A stretch of 63,822 nt of DNA, the filler included, from Octopus bimaculoides (taxonomy: Eukaryota): the NCBI RefSeq assembly GCF_001194135.2. It is 5 parts of 5 records of this genome, joined end to end, with 100 filler letters (N's around TTAATTAATTAA, not from the genome) between each part and the next. Parts side by side here need not be neighbours in the genome. Positions count along the whole stretch, not along the records: positions 1 to 20,576 come from NC_068993.1; 4 more parts are not named here. One strand, given 5' to 3'. Both the position numbers and the translations under genes were made by a program. The notes under the pieces were generated by a model, which made no database searches, was not told the origin of the DNA, and saw only the letters and a list, made by a program, of their open reading frames with translations. Positions 1-10,231 of this stretch are shown piece after piece. The number at the start of each line of letters is the position of its first letter. Within the stretch, counting starts at the first letter, position 1.

Positions 1-28
1 GGAGAATGAGAGCGGCATAGCTAGTGAG

Positions 29-80
<52 letters not shown>

Positions 81-669
81 CGATAGATTAGTAGAGAGAG
101 AGAGAAAATGAGAGGGAGATTGCTAGATAAACTAGATGGAGATAGTGACAGTCAGAAGAATACAGATATACAAGGATACACACACTCACATACACATACA
201 CACTCACACACACACGCGCACACACATATATAAATAAACACGTACAGAAGCACGAAATATGAAATAAATATAGTAATTTATAGAACAACATGAAGAAGAA
301 TCCTAATATAAAAAAAACAATTGAAATTAAATGAGAAAAGATTCAGTAAATTAGGAACGAAAACATAAAAGTATAAATAAATGATTCAAATTAGAATATT
401 TTTTGAAACAATGCAAAACATAATAGACAGGAACAAGTTATAGAAACGAAACCAGAAATATATAAATAAATGAATGAATTAAATAGTGAAAAGGAGTAAG
501 AAATGCGGAGAAACAGAACAACGGAAAGCCGAAGATCAAAGGAAAGAGAAGAAATGTACTTGTAGGAACAAAACACTGAAGGATGAAAAATATAAAGGAA
601 AATGTATCAACGTGTGAGGATAAGAGAAGTTTTATTAACGTAATTACTTTTATTATTATTATTATTATT

Positions 670-1011
670 GTTCAGTAGTTTTATTTTTATAACGTGCTTT
701 CACTTCACTACCGAGCGCAGCTCTGTGCGCCTTGGGTATGTGCTGTGGTTTGCTGTGATGCTCTTATGGTTACTGTATTGAAAGTGTTTTGCGTAGGATG
801 TGTGCAGTGCCCAGTAGTGCAAATTTTCTGTATGTTATATATATTTGTAAGTCCTGGTGTTTTTGTTATGTATTTGTCTGAATATTTTTTTTATTATACC
901 TAAGGTACCTACTATAATAGGAATTGTTTCTGTTTTTAGATTCCACATTCGAGTTACCTCTATTTCTAGGTCTTTATATTTTGATAGTTTTTCCATTTCT
1001 TTTAGGGAAAC

Positions 1012-1014
<3 letters not shown>
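670..1014 (-). mobile_element. 5'-truncated 3' end of a Dong/R4-type (restriction-like endonuclease) non-LTR retrotransposon
   Basis: Minus strand reads NVSLKEMEKLSKYKDLEIEVTRMWNLKTETIPIIVGTLGIIKK, then after two 1-nt indels YSDKYITKTPGLTNIYNIQKI/ALLGTAHILRKTLSIQ*. This is the typical RLE C-terminus (KxxKYxDL..IPIVxGxLG..LLGTAHILRK). A short 3' UTR ends AATAAAACTACTGAAC, and (ATT)n flanks both sides. Confidence 0.88.
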
Positions 1015-1056
<42 letters not shown>

Positions 1057-1444
1057 NNNNNNNNNNNNNNNNNNNNNNNNNNNNNNNNNNNNNNNNNNNN
1101 NNNNNNNNNNNNNNNNNNNNNNNNNNNNNNNNNNNNNNNNNNNNNNNNNNNNNNNNNNNNNNNNNNNNNNNNNNNNNNNNNNNNNNNNNNNNNNNNNNNN
1201 NNNNNNNNNNNNNNNNNNNNNNNNNNNNNNNNNNNNNNNNNNNNNNNNNNNNNNNNNNNNNNNNNNNNNNNNNNNNNNNNNNNNNNNNNNNNNNNNNNNN
1301 NNNNNNNNNNNNNNNNNNNNNNNNNNNNNNNNNNNNNNNNNNNNNNNNNNNNNNNNNNNNNNNNNNNNNNNNNNNNNNNNNNNNNNNNNNNNNNNNNNNN
1401 NNNNNNNNNNNNNNNNNNNNNAAGAAATAAGAAACTTTACCTTG

Positions 1445-1850
1445 CCAAGCGAAATGCTTAGCGGTATTTTGTCTGCCCTATTTTCTGAGTTCAAATTCCG
1501 CCGAGGTCGACTTTGCCTGTCATCATTTCGGGGTCGATTAAATAAGTACCAGTTACGCACTGGGGTCGATATAATAGACTTAATCCGTTTGTCTGTCCTT
1601 GTTTGTCCCCTCTGTGTGTAGCCTCTTGTGGGCGGTAAAGAAATAAGAAACTTTACCTTGCCAAGCGAAATGCTTAGCGGTATTTTGTCTGCCCTATTTT
1701 CTGAGTTCAAATTCCGCCGAGGTCGACTTTGCTTTCCATCCTTTGGGAGTCGATAAATTAAGTACTAGTTGCGTACTGGGATCGGTCTAATTGGCTGGCC
1801 CCCTCCCGCAAAATGTCAGGCTTTGTGCCTGTAGTAGAAAGGATTATTAC
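1445..1850 (+). mobile_element. Two tandem copies of tRNA-derived SINE family A (first with tail-1, second with tail-2)
   Basis: B-box-like GAGTTCAAATTCC and body CCGAGGTCGACTTTGCC..AAGTACCAGTT in both copies. Segments 1422-1516 and 1638-1732 are identical. Confidence 0.85.
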
Positions 1851-1877
1851 TTTTATTATCATTCATTATTATCATAA

Positions 1878-2173
1878 AGGTGGTGAGCTGGCAGAATCGT
1901 TAGTGCGGTGGGCGAAATTCTTAGCGGTAATTCGTCCGTGTCAACGTTCTGAGTTCAAATTTCGTGGAGGTCGACTTTGCCCTTCATCAGCTCGAGATTG
2001 ATAAATTGAGTACCAGTGAACACTGGGATCGCTGTGATCGACAAAATTTCAGGCCTTGTGCTTATAATAGAAAGGATTACTATTATTATTGTTGAGGCAG
2101 CGAGCTGAAAGAATCGTTAAAACGTCTACGTTCTGAGTTCAAATTCCACCGAGGTCGACTTTGCCTTTCATCC
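1878..2173 (+). mobile_element. SINE family A: one near-full copy plus a second head cut by a gap
   Basis: GGTGAGCTGGCAGAATCGTTAG head, GAGTTCAAAT box and tail CAGGCCTTGTGCTTATAATAGAAAGGATT; set in ATT-rich sequence. Confidence 0.85.
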
Positions 2174-2752
2174 NNNNNNNNNNAATTAAGACCTTCACCC
2201 AACATACCAGTATGGAAGAGTATGGCCGATGAAACAAGCATTAGGTTTGTCTAGTAATATAGATTCGTACAATGGAGGCAAATATCTCGTGTTAGAGCGT
2301 ATTCTGCTGCAGGCGGAGATAGCCGGGAATAATGATAGCCAAACATTCCTGTCTATACTATTACTTTCTGTGCTCAGATTTGGTGTATCCGCTGGAGTAA
2401 TATCTCTGCTTAACCATGTGTGCTGTTCAAATAGTTTTCCTATGTCCATTGTTATCGATCATATTTCTTAGGTAGGAGTAACCATCTATATATCCCCTAA
2501 TCTGCGCTGCCCGATGCAGAGAGGATAGCATTAATCTAAAATGCATGCATACATGCATGCATGCTTATAGTTTTCTTTTAAATTGGCAGAAAGCTACATA
2601 AATTACTTCAGGGTATGGTATTAACCTCATGCATGCGCGAAATTTTCAGCCTTTGAAAAACTCGTGTAACTTTTTGTCGAATATGTACATACCTGCATTG
2701 ATTTATACATACATATATACATATATTCACTCATGCATGCATTCTTACGTAC

Positions 2753-2783
<31 letters not shown>

Positions 2784-3072
2784 TGTATGTATGTATGTAT
2801 GTATGTGTGTGTGTGTTTGTGTGCATGTGTGCATATGTGAATGTTTGAAGAAGGTGTTGCACACTCATGCGAAACGCTACTGGCATGGAAATGCACATGG
2901 AATAACTCAAAGATAGCATCTCATAAAAATCAAGGTTACATTTAACAATGTAGTCAATAATATAGAGAAACTATAATGTTACCACCGATAAACACGCTGT
3001 CTTTAGGATACTGTCGTTGTGATAGTGTCTATTAAGACTCATCATTGCATAAGTGACAGCAGGGTAATGTGT

Positions 3073-3116
<44 letters not shown>

Positions 3117-3216
3117 NNNNNNNNNNNNNNNNNNNNNNNNNNNNNNNNNNNNNNNNNNNNNNNNNNNNNNNNNNNNNNNNNNNNNNNNNNNNNNNNNNNN
3201 NNNNNNNNNNNNNNNN

Positions 3217-3375
3217 CGGAATTTGAACTCAGAACGTAAAGACAGACGAAATACTACTACGCATTTCGCCCAGCGTGCTACCATTTCTTATTTCTTTCCT
3301 GCCAACAAGGAGCTACACACAGAGGAGACAAACAAGGACAGACAAACGGATTAAGTTGATTATATCGACCCCAGC
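3217..3375 (-). mobile_element. SINE family A: tail-1 of one copy joined to the head of another
   Basis: Reverse complement reads ..CCTTGTTGGCAGGAAAGAAATAAGAAA|TGGTAGCACGCTGGGCGAAATGC..GTTCTGAGTTCAAATTCCG. Confidence 0.8.
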
Positions 3376-3659
3376 TCACTCATTTCATTACCTTTGGTTA
3401 AGTTAACCTAGGCTGGTTAACTGTGTTGCTTTTTGTCCTTTGAGCAAAATTGGAACAACATTGTTTTCGAAAACTAAATTTCAAATATGGGGGTGTCATT
3501 ATCAGCGAGCTGTAAGGGGATTTTCAAAAGAGGGTGGAACGTACTCCTGAATCTCTTCCCTTCGGTCGATCAATGAATGAAGATCCCCGGCTAGCATCAA
3601 GGTATAAATATATATATAAAAAAGAAATACCGTACACCACAGTAAGGTTTGTTTAGGAA

Positions 3660-3940
3660 TAAAGGTGAATTATTCAAGCCCCAAAGAATTCCTCTCAACA
3701 CATGGCTATGATGCTCCCCCACTACTTCTGCTCATGATCAGAGATGCACATATCTTCAGCCACCAAGGGAATGCTCAACTGGTTAAGGTCAAGCAACTGA
3801 CAAGTAAATATATGATATTAAGCAGAATATTTGCTGTAGCCCATCTTTTATACCAAGACAAAACAATGTACATGATAACACTTCCAATCAATTAAGATCA
3901 GAAGCCATGAGAGCTACTGCCTGGTACTGCATTCGGATTA
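3660..3940. repeat. Probable interspersed repeat (unclassified)
   Basis: GC-richer block that I recall as a recurrent octopus repeat; only one copy in this window, so it is not verifiable here. Confidence 0.3.
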
Positions 3941-4014
3941 TTATTAGAGGTCGACTACTTTAACCCTCTTATCCTAAGATTTCTTGCCATACAACACAAT
4001 TTGAAACTATGTCA

Positions 4015-4240
4015 TTAAGCCGGCTAGTTAGGAGAATCGATAGTATTGGGTAAAATGCTTACCGTTATTTGTTTCGGGTCGTTACTTTCTGAGTTCAAAT
4101 TCTGCTGAAGTTAACTTGCTTTTTTTTTTTTCGTGTGTGTGTGTGTCAATAGACTATAGCATCAGTTAAGTACCGAAGTCGATATTATAGACTAAACTTC
4201 ACTCGTTAAAATTGCCGGCCTTGTGTCTAAACTTGAAACA
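4015..4240 (+). mobile_element. Diverged SINE family A copy
   Basis: TTTCTGAGTTCAAATTCTGCTGAAGTTAACTTGC body and GGCCTTGTGTCTAAACTTGAAAC tail. Confidence 0.65.
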
Positions 4241-4274
4241 GTTAATTTCGTTGTTGTTGCAGTCTCTATTATTA

Positions 4275-4306
<32 letters not shown>

Positions 4307-4335
4307 GTTACAGTTTTATTATTATTATTATTATT

Positions 4336-4514
4336 GTTCAGTAGTTTTATTTTTATAACGTGCTTTCACTTCACTACCTTGGTTGCCTTGGGTATGTGCT
4401 GTGGTTTGCTGTGGTGCTCTTATGGTTACTGTATTGAAAGTGTTTTGCGTAGGATGTGTGCAGTGCCCAATAGTGCAATTTTCTGTATGTTATATATATT
4501 TGTAAGTCCTGGTA
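4336..4514 (-). mobile_element. Second, shorter Dong/R4-type 3' end
   Basis: Near-identical to 670-857 (GTTCAGTAGTTTTATTTTTATAACGTGC..GTAAGTCCTGGT); flanked on both sides by (ATT)n. Confidence 0.88.
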
Positions 4515-4529
4515 TGTTATTTATTTATT

Positions 4530-4600
<71 letters not shown>

Positions 4601-5195
4601 CTTCCAATATCGAAATAAAATCGCTATAAAAAATAGTGTGAAGCAAAACTATATCAAGAGCTATAGTGAAAGCAATAGGAGTGGTGCAAGCTACATTAGA
4701 AATTGAAAGGAGCCATGATTGATAAACAGAGCGTAACTCCTTTTAACTGAATTGTAGTTCTTTGAAGATCATTACGAGCAAACAAATACACAAACAAAAG
4801 AAAAAAAATAGAAAAAATCCCCGAAATAATGAAAAAAAAATAAAGAAAATAATGAAGACAATAGATAAAACTAACGTACAAGCAACAACGAAAAATATCG
4901 TTTAGGTTTTAAAAAAAACAACTTTCGATTTGAAATAAATATTTTGTAAAACATTACAAATAATTTTAGCATTTAAAATAAATTAGACAATAAAAACGAA
5001 AACAGAAAAAAAAAAAAAACTATAAGAATTACGATTCTCAACCATTATTGCAATAATAAATAAATAAGAATTGCAAAATGTTTAAAGAACATATAAAATA
5101 AACAACAGAATAAAAGAAAACTAAAATCAATCTTTAGATTTGCCTTTGAAGTGTATTTTGCGTCAATAGAAATGGTAATACTAACAAGAGTTATG

Positions 5196-6800
5196 ATTTC
5201 TTCATTAGCCACAAGGGCTCAATGTAAAGAACAGTACAAAAGATGAGATATATTAGTAGGAGTGACGTAGCTAAACACTTGTAAAGAACGAAAACAACCA
5301 AACAAGTAACAACGAAACTTTAGACAAACAAGTATCCTTAAGAGAGGGTCGCATCTGCTTAAGGTCAATCAAGGAAGCCCAACAAGACCTGCGAAACCCG
5401 GTTCATTTTGACTACCAAGAGGAAGTGACACCTCTCATTTATCGTTTTTCAGCATACACATTTTTATTTGTACTGTTTGCCACTGTAACCTTCAACGAAT
5501 TTACTACGAGGGAGCAGCACTTACCTTTCTCCTTCGCCTTTCCTTTGAAATAGAACACAAAAAAGTTGACGTGGACTTAAACCATTAATTCCGTGTGCGT
5601 TCCTCCGATCCAGTCTTCAAAACAGGGCGTAAACGTTTCCATGTAACGGTGATCAGTACAATCGAAAGCTTGCGATTGATACAAATTGATCAGTCCGATC
5701 GAAAGCTTGCGATTGATATAAACTGATCAGAGTCCCTACAAAGCCGTACTTGCTTCCTACCTTCTCTGTACTGTATCATGTGAGATGGAGGTTTTCGTGG
5801 ATATATTTACTCGAAATTGCGATTGTTTGAGTTCCCCCGTCCAAGCCATAGACAACAGCAATAACCTTTTTTACAATAGCTTGGTAACAGTCTTATATTC
5901 TGCATTCAGTAGAATTATGTTTCGCAAATTATCAAGTACATGCCCTTCGTACGCATCTTTCCTCAACAGAGGTACGAAATTCCACTCACAGAACCGAACT
6001 GGGCGTTCTCCTGTTGTTGAAGTATGCTATGAAGTCTCCAAATGTATCTGGCCTGTATTCGTAAACTATATAGGATACAAAATCCAAATCTTGCGATTTG
6101 TGTCTCGTGTAACAACACGCCAATTATAATATTTCTACTGCTGTAATCAACTTTACACAGACTCCTGTGTCTTCTGCCGAGATCTGTGGCATGCCGTCAA
6201 GAGAGAGGCTAACTTTATCTACTTGTCTGATCTCTCGCCTGTCCAGAAGCGCCGAGCAATAGGCGAGTGTAAAGCTGCAGACATCTACTTCAAACCAAAT
6301 TGCACGCACTATTCTCAGTCCGTCATAGACCTGACTGTAGCTTTCTTGCCATGTCACCTTTTCCCCAATTAGGTCCCAGGATAGCTTTTCCTCGTGATTT
6401 AGCGCACGAGAACTAGCTCCAACAACGCAGTCTTCGTTAAAGAAATTATTGAAACCCATTCACTTGGCTAACTCGTCGGTTGTGATGCTTTTACAAACTA
6501 CCTCTTATAGATTTCTAAAGAGCTTTCACGGCTTTTACAACCATACACTAGCCCCTACTCCTCAGTATGCTTGAGAAGGTGATATCTCCAGAAAATTTTC
6601 TCGGTACTTGAAGGAATCGAACAGTCTTGTCCCTCTCAGAGCATTAACCTTCACTAGTCTGAAAACAACACTTTCTCAACGCTTGAAGTGAGGTATATTG
6701 TCAAACTTCCGCAAATCACATCATATTCAGCGAAGAAAGGAAACGCATATTTCACAACAGTTCTAGATATACATTGAAACAGGATAGCTGCAGCAAGTCT
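5196..6800 (-). mobile_element. Decayed, internally deleted Tx1/L1-clade LINE (ORF2 linker, RT N-terminus, C-terminus, 3' UTR)
   Basis: Minus-strand peptides with stops: LDGMPQISAEDTGVCVKLITAVEIL*LACCYTRHKSQDLD (cf. KSPGLDG), PLLRKDAYEGHVLDNLRNIILLNAEYKTVTKLL*KRL (cf. NxRPIxLLNxDYKILAKxLAxRL), IHENLHL and LISLYQSQAFDRTD (cf. LDQxKAFDRVDH). A C-terminal-like segment and a T-rich 3' UTR follow. Confidence 0.88.
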
Positions 6801-6910
6801 GCGCAGTCAACGAAACCAACAGTACGCTTCTTGTTGCTGCACGTTGTTTCAAGCATTAGTACAGAGAGTATCTCTTTGTCATATATAGACTTTCTAATAT
6901 AATGAGAGTC

Positions 6911-6977
<67 letters not shown>

Positions 6978-7021
6978 ACTATCTATCTATCCATGTATGT
7001 ATGTATCTATCTATCTATCTA
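6911..7021. repeat. (CTAT)n microsatellite
   Basis: Direct reading. Confidence 0.95.
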
Positions 7022-7467
7022 TTAATTAGTTTCCTTTATTTTCTTATTCATTCCTCACTCACTTTAGTTAGAATTCACGAATTCCTTTTATATAAGTTAC
7101 GTATTGACCCCGATGAACCCGTCGGCATTTATCACTCCCTCTGCATTATAGAGTAGAAAATACTTCAGCGTGTACTGAAATAAAAGTACTTGAGAAATGT
7201 TGTATCTGAAAAAGAAAACCCGTTATCATTAATAGCAAATTCTCAACCTTGACGATACACTCTTTAGCCTTTGTGATAAAATAAACCAGCTTTAATTCAA
7301 GTTCTCATTCGTTTTAGCATCTTTCTTTGGGCTTTGTAATTTTGAAAGCGTAAACTTTAGTTAAAAACAATATTCACAGAGACGAATACAATCAAAAGAT
7401 ATTTTAGTATTGAACTCGGAAATTGCATTGCAAACCTTGAATTTTAAAAGTGATAAATACATAACTT

Positions 7468-8155
7468 AAACTAGAAAAGCACTCAGAGAGCGCAGACCTC
7501 TGCTAAGCAGCTCGTTTCCACCCATATGCATGCATGCTGAAAATTGCCCAATTTCCCAAACCAACGCCGGCAAAAACATATGCTCCTCGGCGGGGTTGAA
7601 AAAAATAACACAGCCATATGATTTTTAAAAAAATCCCTTTAAAAACAGGAATCATCTGAAGCAGTTATAATACATCAATGACAACAGCAAGCTAGTTTCA
7701 CAGCAGTGGTGGAGGGAGCAAAGCTTCAGATTTTTGAATCGATCCCAATAGTCAAAGCTTATCATGTCATCCTCCACAGACTTCCACCAAGCAGCTAGCT
7801 CATTTTAAAATAGATACGCGAGTAAAATTACTAATAGATAAACGAAAATAAACTTTGGAAACAGCAACGCCACCATAGGTAAAGTGGAAACGATGAACGT
7901 GTTTTCAAGGGAAATAATCAAAGAACGTAACATTGTAATACTTCATGTAAAGTAAATATAAAAAAATGAAAAATCCTTCAAGAATCCATAAAAATTCCCG
8001 GATCACCAAAATTTCATCATCTGTTCCTTGTGTCATTAACAACTTTTTCTGCAAGTTTCATTAAATACCGTTCACAACATATTGAGTTATTTTGCACACA
8101 GACGGACAAGCCAACGCCGATGAAAACATAACATCTTTCCTTGGCGGAGGTAATA
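7468..8155 (-). mobile_element. Non-autonomous Helentron-type element (HINE/DINE-1-like)
   Basis: Sub-terminal inverted repeats CCTTGGCGGAGGT (8139-8151) and ACCTCTGCTAAGC (7496-7508; 10/13 match). Terminal hairpin GCACTC-AGA-GAGCGC (7479-7493), minus-strand end ..TTTTCTAGTT, T-rich flanks. Confidence 0.7.
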
Positions 8156-9599
8156 ATAATAAGTTTAAATAAATAAATAGATAAATAAATAAATAAATAT
8201 ATGTTTAGAAAGAATAGCAAGACGATAAAAGAAAGTCGAAGGCGGAAAGTCTTTAATTCCGGATGCAAATGCAGTGATACTTTCGTAGGAGGCCAACTAG
8301 TGAATTCTGCACCAAACTTAAACATTGTTATCCGATGATCTGAGGATCGAAAACTGAAAAGGTATCGGTTCTTTCTACCAGATTTATTTTCGAACCTATA
8401 GAAGTGGAAATAATCGATATCCTCAACCCAAGAATCACCTCCCTCTCAGTCAAATCGGGTTAAACATTGCCATTCTTAGGAATGAATTCAGCGAAGTAGA
8501 ATGGCTCATTTAGCGCATCACAGCCAGTGTTCTTCAAAGCAGTGAATCCACCATTTTGTCTGTTGAGACAACGAAACGTGTTACATTATCAGTTTATCCA
8601 TTATAATGCGAGTCCTAAAAAATACCTTTTTCCAAAGAAATATTCTTCCCGTTCAAATGGAAGATCAATGAAAATTGATGCTTTAATTTGAATTATTCAA
8701 ATCATTTGAGTTATTGGATTTCTGTTCCATTTCGAATGGAATTTGAAGAAAAACGTAAATTTTAAAGATCGACCCATCAAAAACAACATATTCTTTTAAC
8801 AACTACATGATGACTTGCAAGATTATATTCATATTTTGCATTTTATTCTCTCTTTAATCATAGATTATCAAAACATTAAATTTTCTAAAGTGGATTCGTA
8901 ATTTCAAAGTATGAAAAGCCGACAAAAAAAAAAAAAGCTTTTGGTAAACATAAAAGTTGAGTACAATCTGAATCAGTTCTAGTCATTGAATAATAACTAA
9001 TTTAATAAACAATATTAAAAAGTGTTGTTTTGGTAAAGGCACTGCGAGTACAAGAAGTTCTAACGTTTCCAACTCGTTCTGTTTTTTTTTGTATTTTTAT
9101 ATCCGATCAAATCTAAAGCGAAAAATATCAGAAATTAAACCTCACCTAAAATATGAGAATTTATAGACAATTTAAGTTCCAAACACTAGATAGCTAATGT
9201 TAGCTGATTATTTTTTTAATATTTCAATTGAGTTGATATTACCTGACACAGACCACAACAAATCTTTTTTCATATATTTATGAAGCGATCAAGACACGAT
9301 TGAACAAGGAAATGGAATCCTAGTAAGCTATGATATTTTATTATCTATTTACTATGATATAATATGTTCCAGCCATTACATCCATTTTTAGGAAACACAA
9401 AATATATAGGACTACGTAATCTATTATATAGTTCATCTCTTTTAAGACGGTACACTGATTATGGAATGATGTGGCTGTGTTATTATCAGGTCCTTATGAC
9501 CGATTAGAGATTTACCCCTAGTTGTTTCGATATATAAACAGACACATTGACATTATAATAGTTTCAAGTTTGGGTATAGTGACAACCATTTTTCAGGGA

Positions 9600-9710
9600 G
9601 TAGGAAATCGATTACCTCGACTTCAGTACTTGACTGGTGCGAATTTTGTTGGAACGCAAAGCCAACCTCGGCGGAATTTGAGCTCAGAACACAAAGACGG
9701 ACGAAATGCA
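9600..9710 (-). mobile_element. SINE family A fragment
   Basis: CCTCGGCGGAATTTGAGCTCAGAAC..GACGGACGAAATGC is the reverse complement of the family A body. Confidence 0.65.
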
Positions 9711-9711
9711 A

Positions 9712-9975
9712 CTAAGCTGTTTCCCCTTTTCGAAGTTTTATCTTGTGAAGAACGGGCAGCATGATTTTCCTGTGCGTCCTCATAGTCCCACAGGCATTAG
9801 TCCTCCTGGCTTGCAGCTGCAGGAAGAGGTCTGGACTGGAAAACCAGTTGTCCGTATAAATATCGTAGCCTTTGTCGAACAAGTTTTCATTCGGCGACAC
9901 GACAGAGTAGAGTGTCCTTACTTCGAACCAGGTCTTCATCATGCCGTATATGTGTCTTATTCAACCATCGAAGAA
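9712..9975 (-). mobile_element. piggyBac (PGBD4-like) transposase fragment
   Basis: ENLFDKGYDIYTDNWFSSPDLFLQLQARRTNACGTMRTHRK..KLRKGE matches the piggyBac motif around the second catalytic Asp (DNWF/Y-S, GTxRxNR, LKKGE). Confidence 0.9.
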
Positions 9976-9989
9976 CACGGCTAATTAAA

Positions 9990-10231
9990 GTAAAGTTACC
10001 TTCTCGAGACACGCCATCTCAGAAGGCTGAGTTTCCCGGCTTCCATGGCGTATAAATCCCCACCTGGACGGGACGCCGGTCCATCTCAGAATTACTAATT
10101 TTTGCCAGCTGAGTGAATTGGAGCAACATGAAATAAAGTGTTTTACTCGAAAACACAACACGTTGCCTGATCCAGGAATCGAAACCACAATCTTACGATC
10201 ATGAGTCCAACACCCTAAGCCACGCGCCTCT
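9990..10231 (-). mobile_element. tRNA-derived SINE family E with V-domain-like core
   Basis: Reverse complement has a tRNA-like head GAGGCGCGTGGCTTAG..GTGGTTTCGATTCCTGG and a core GAGATGGACCGGCGTCCCGTCCAGG resembling the V-SINE core GCGATGGACTGGCGxCCxGTCCAGG. Confidence 0.7.
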
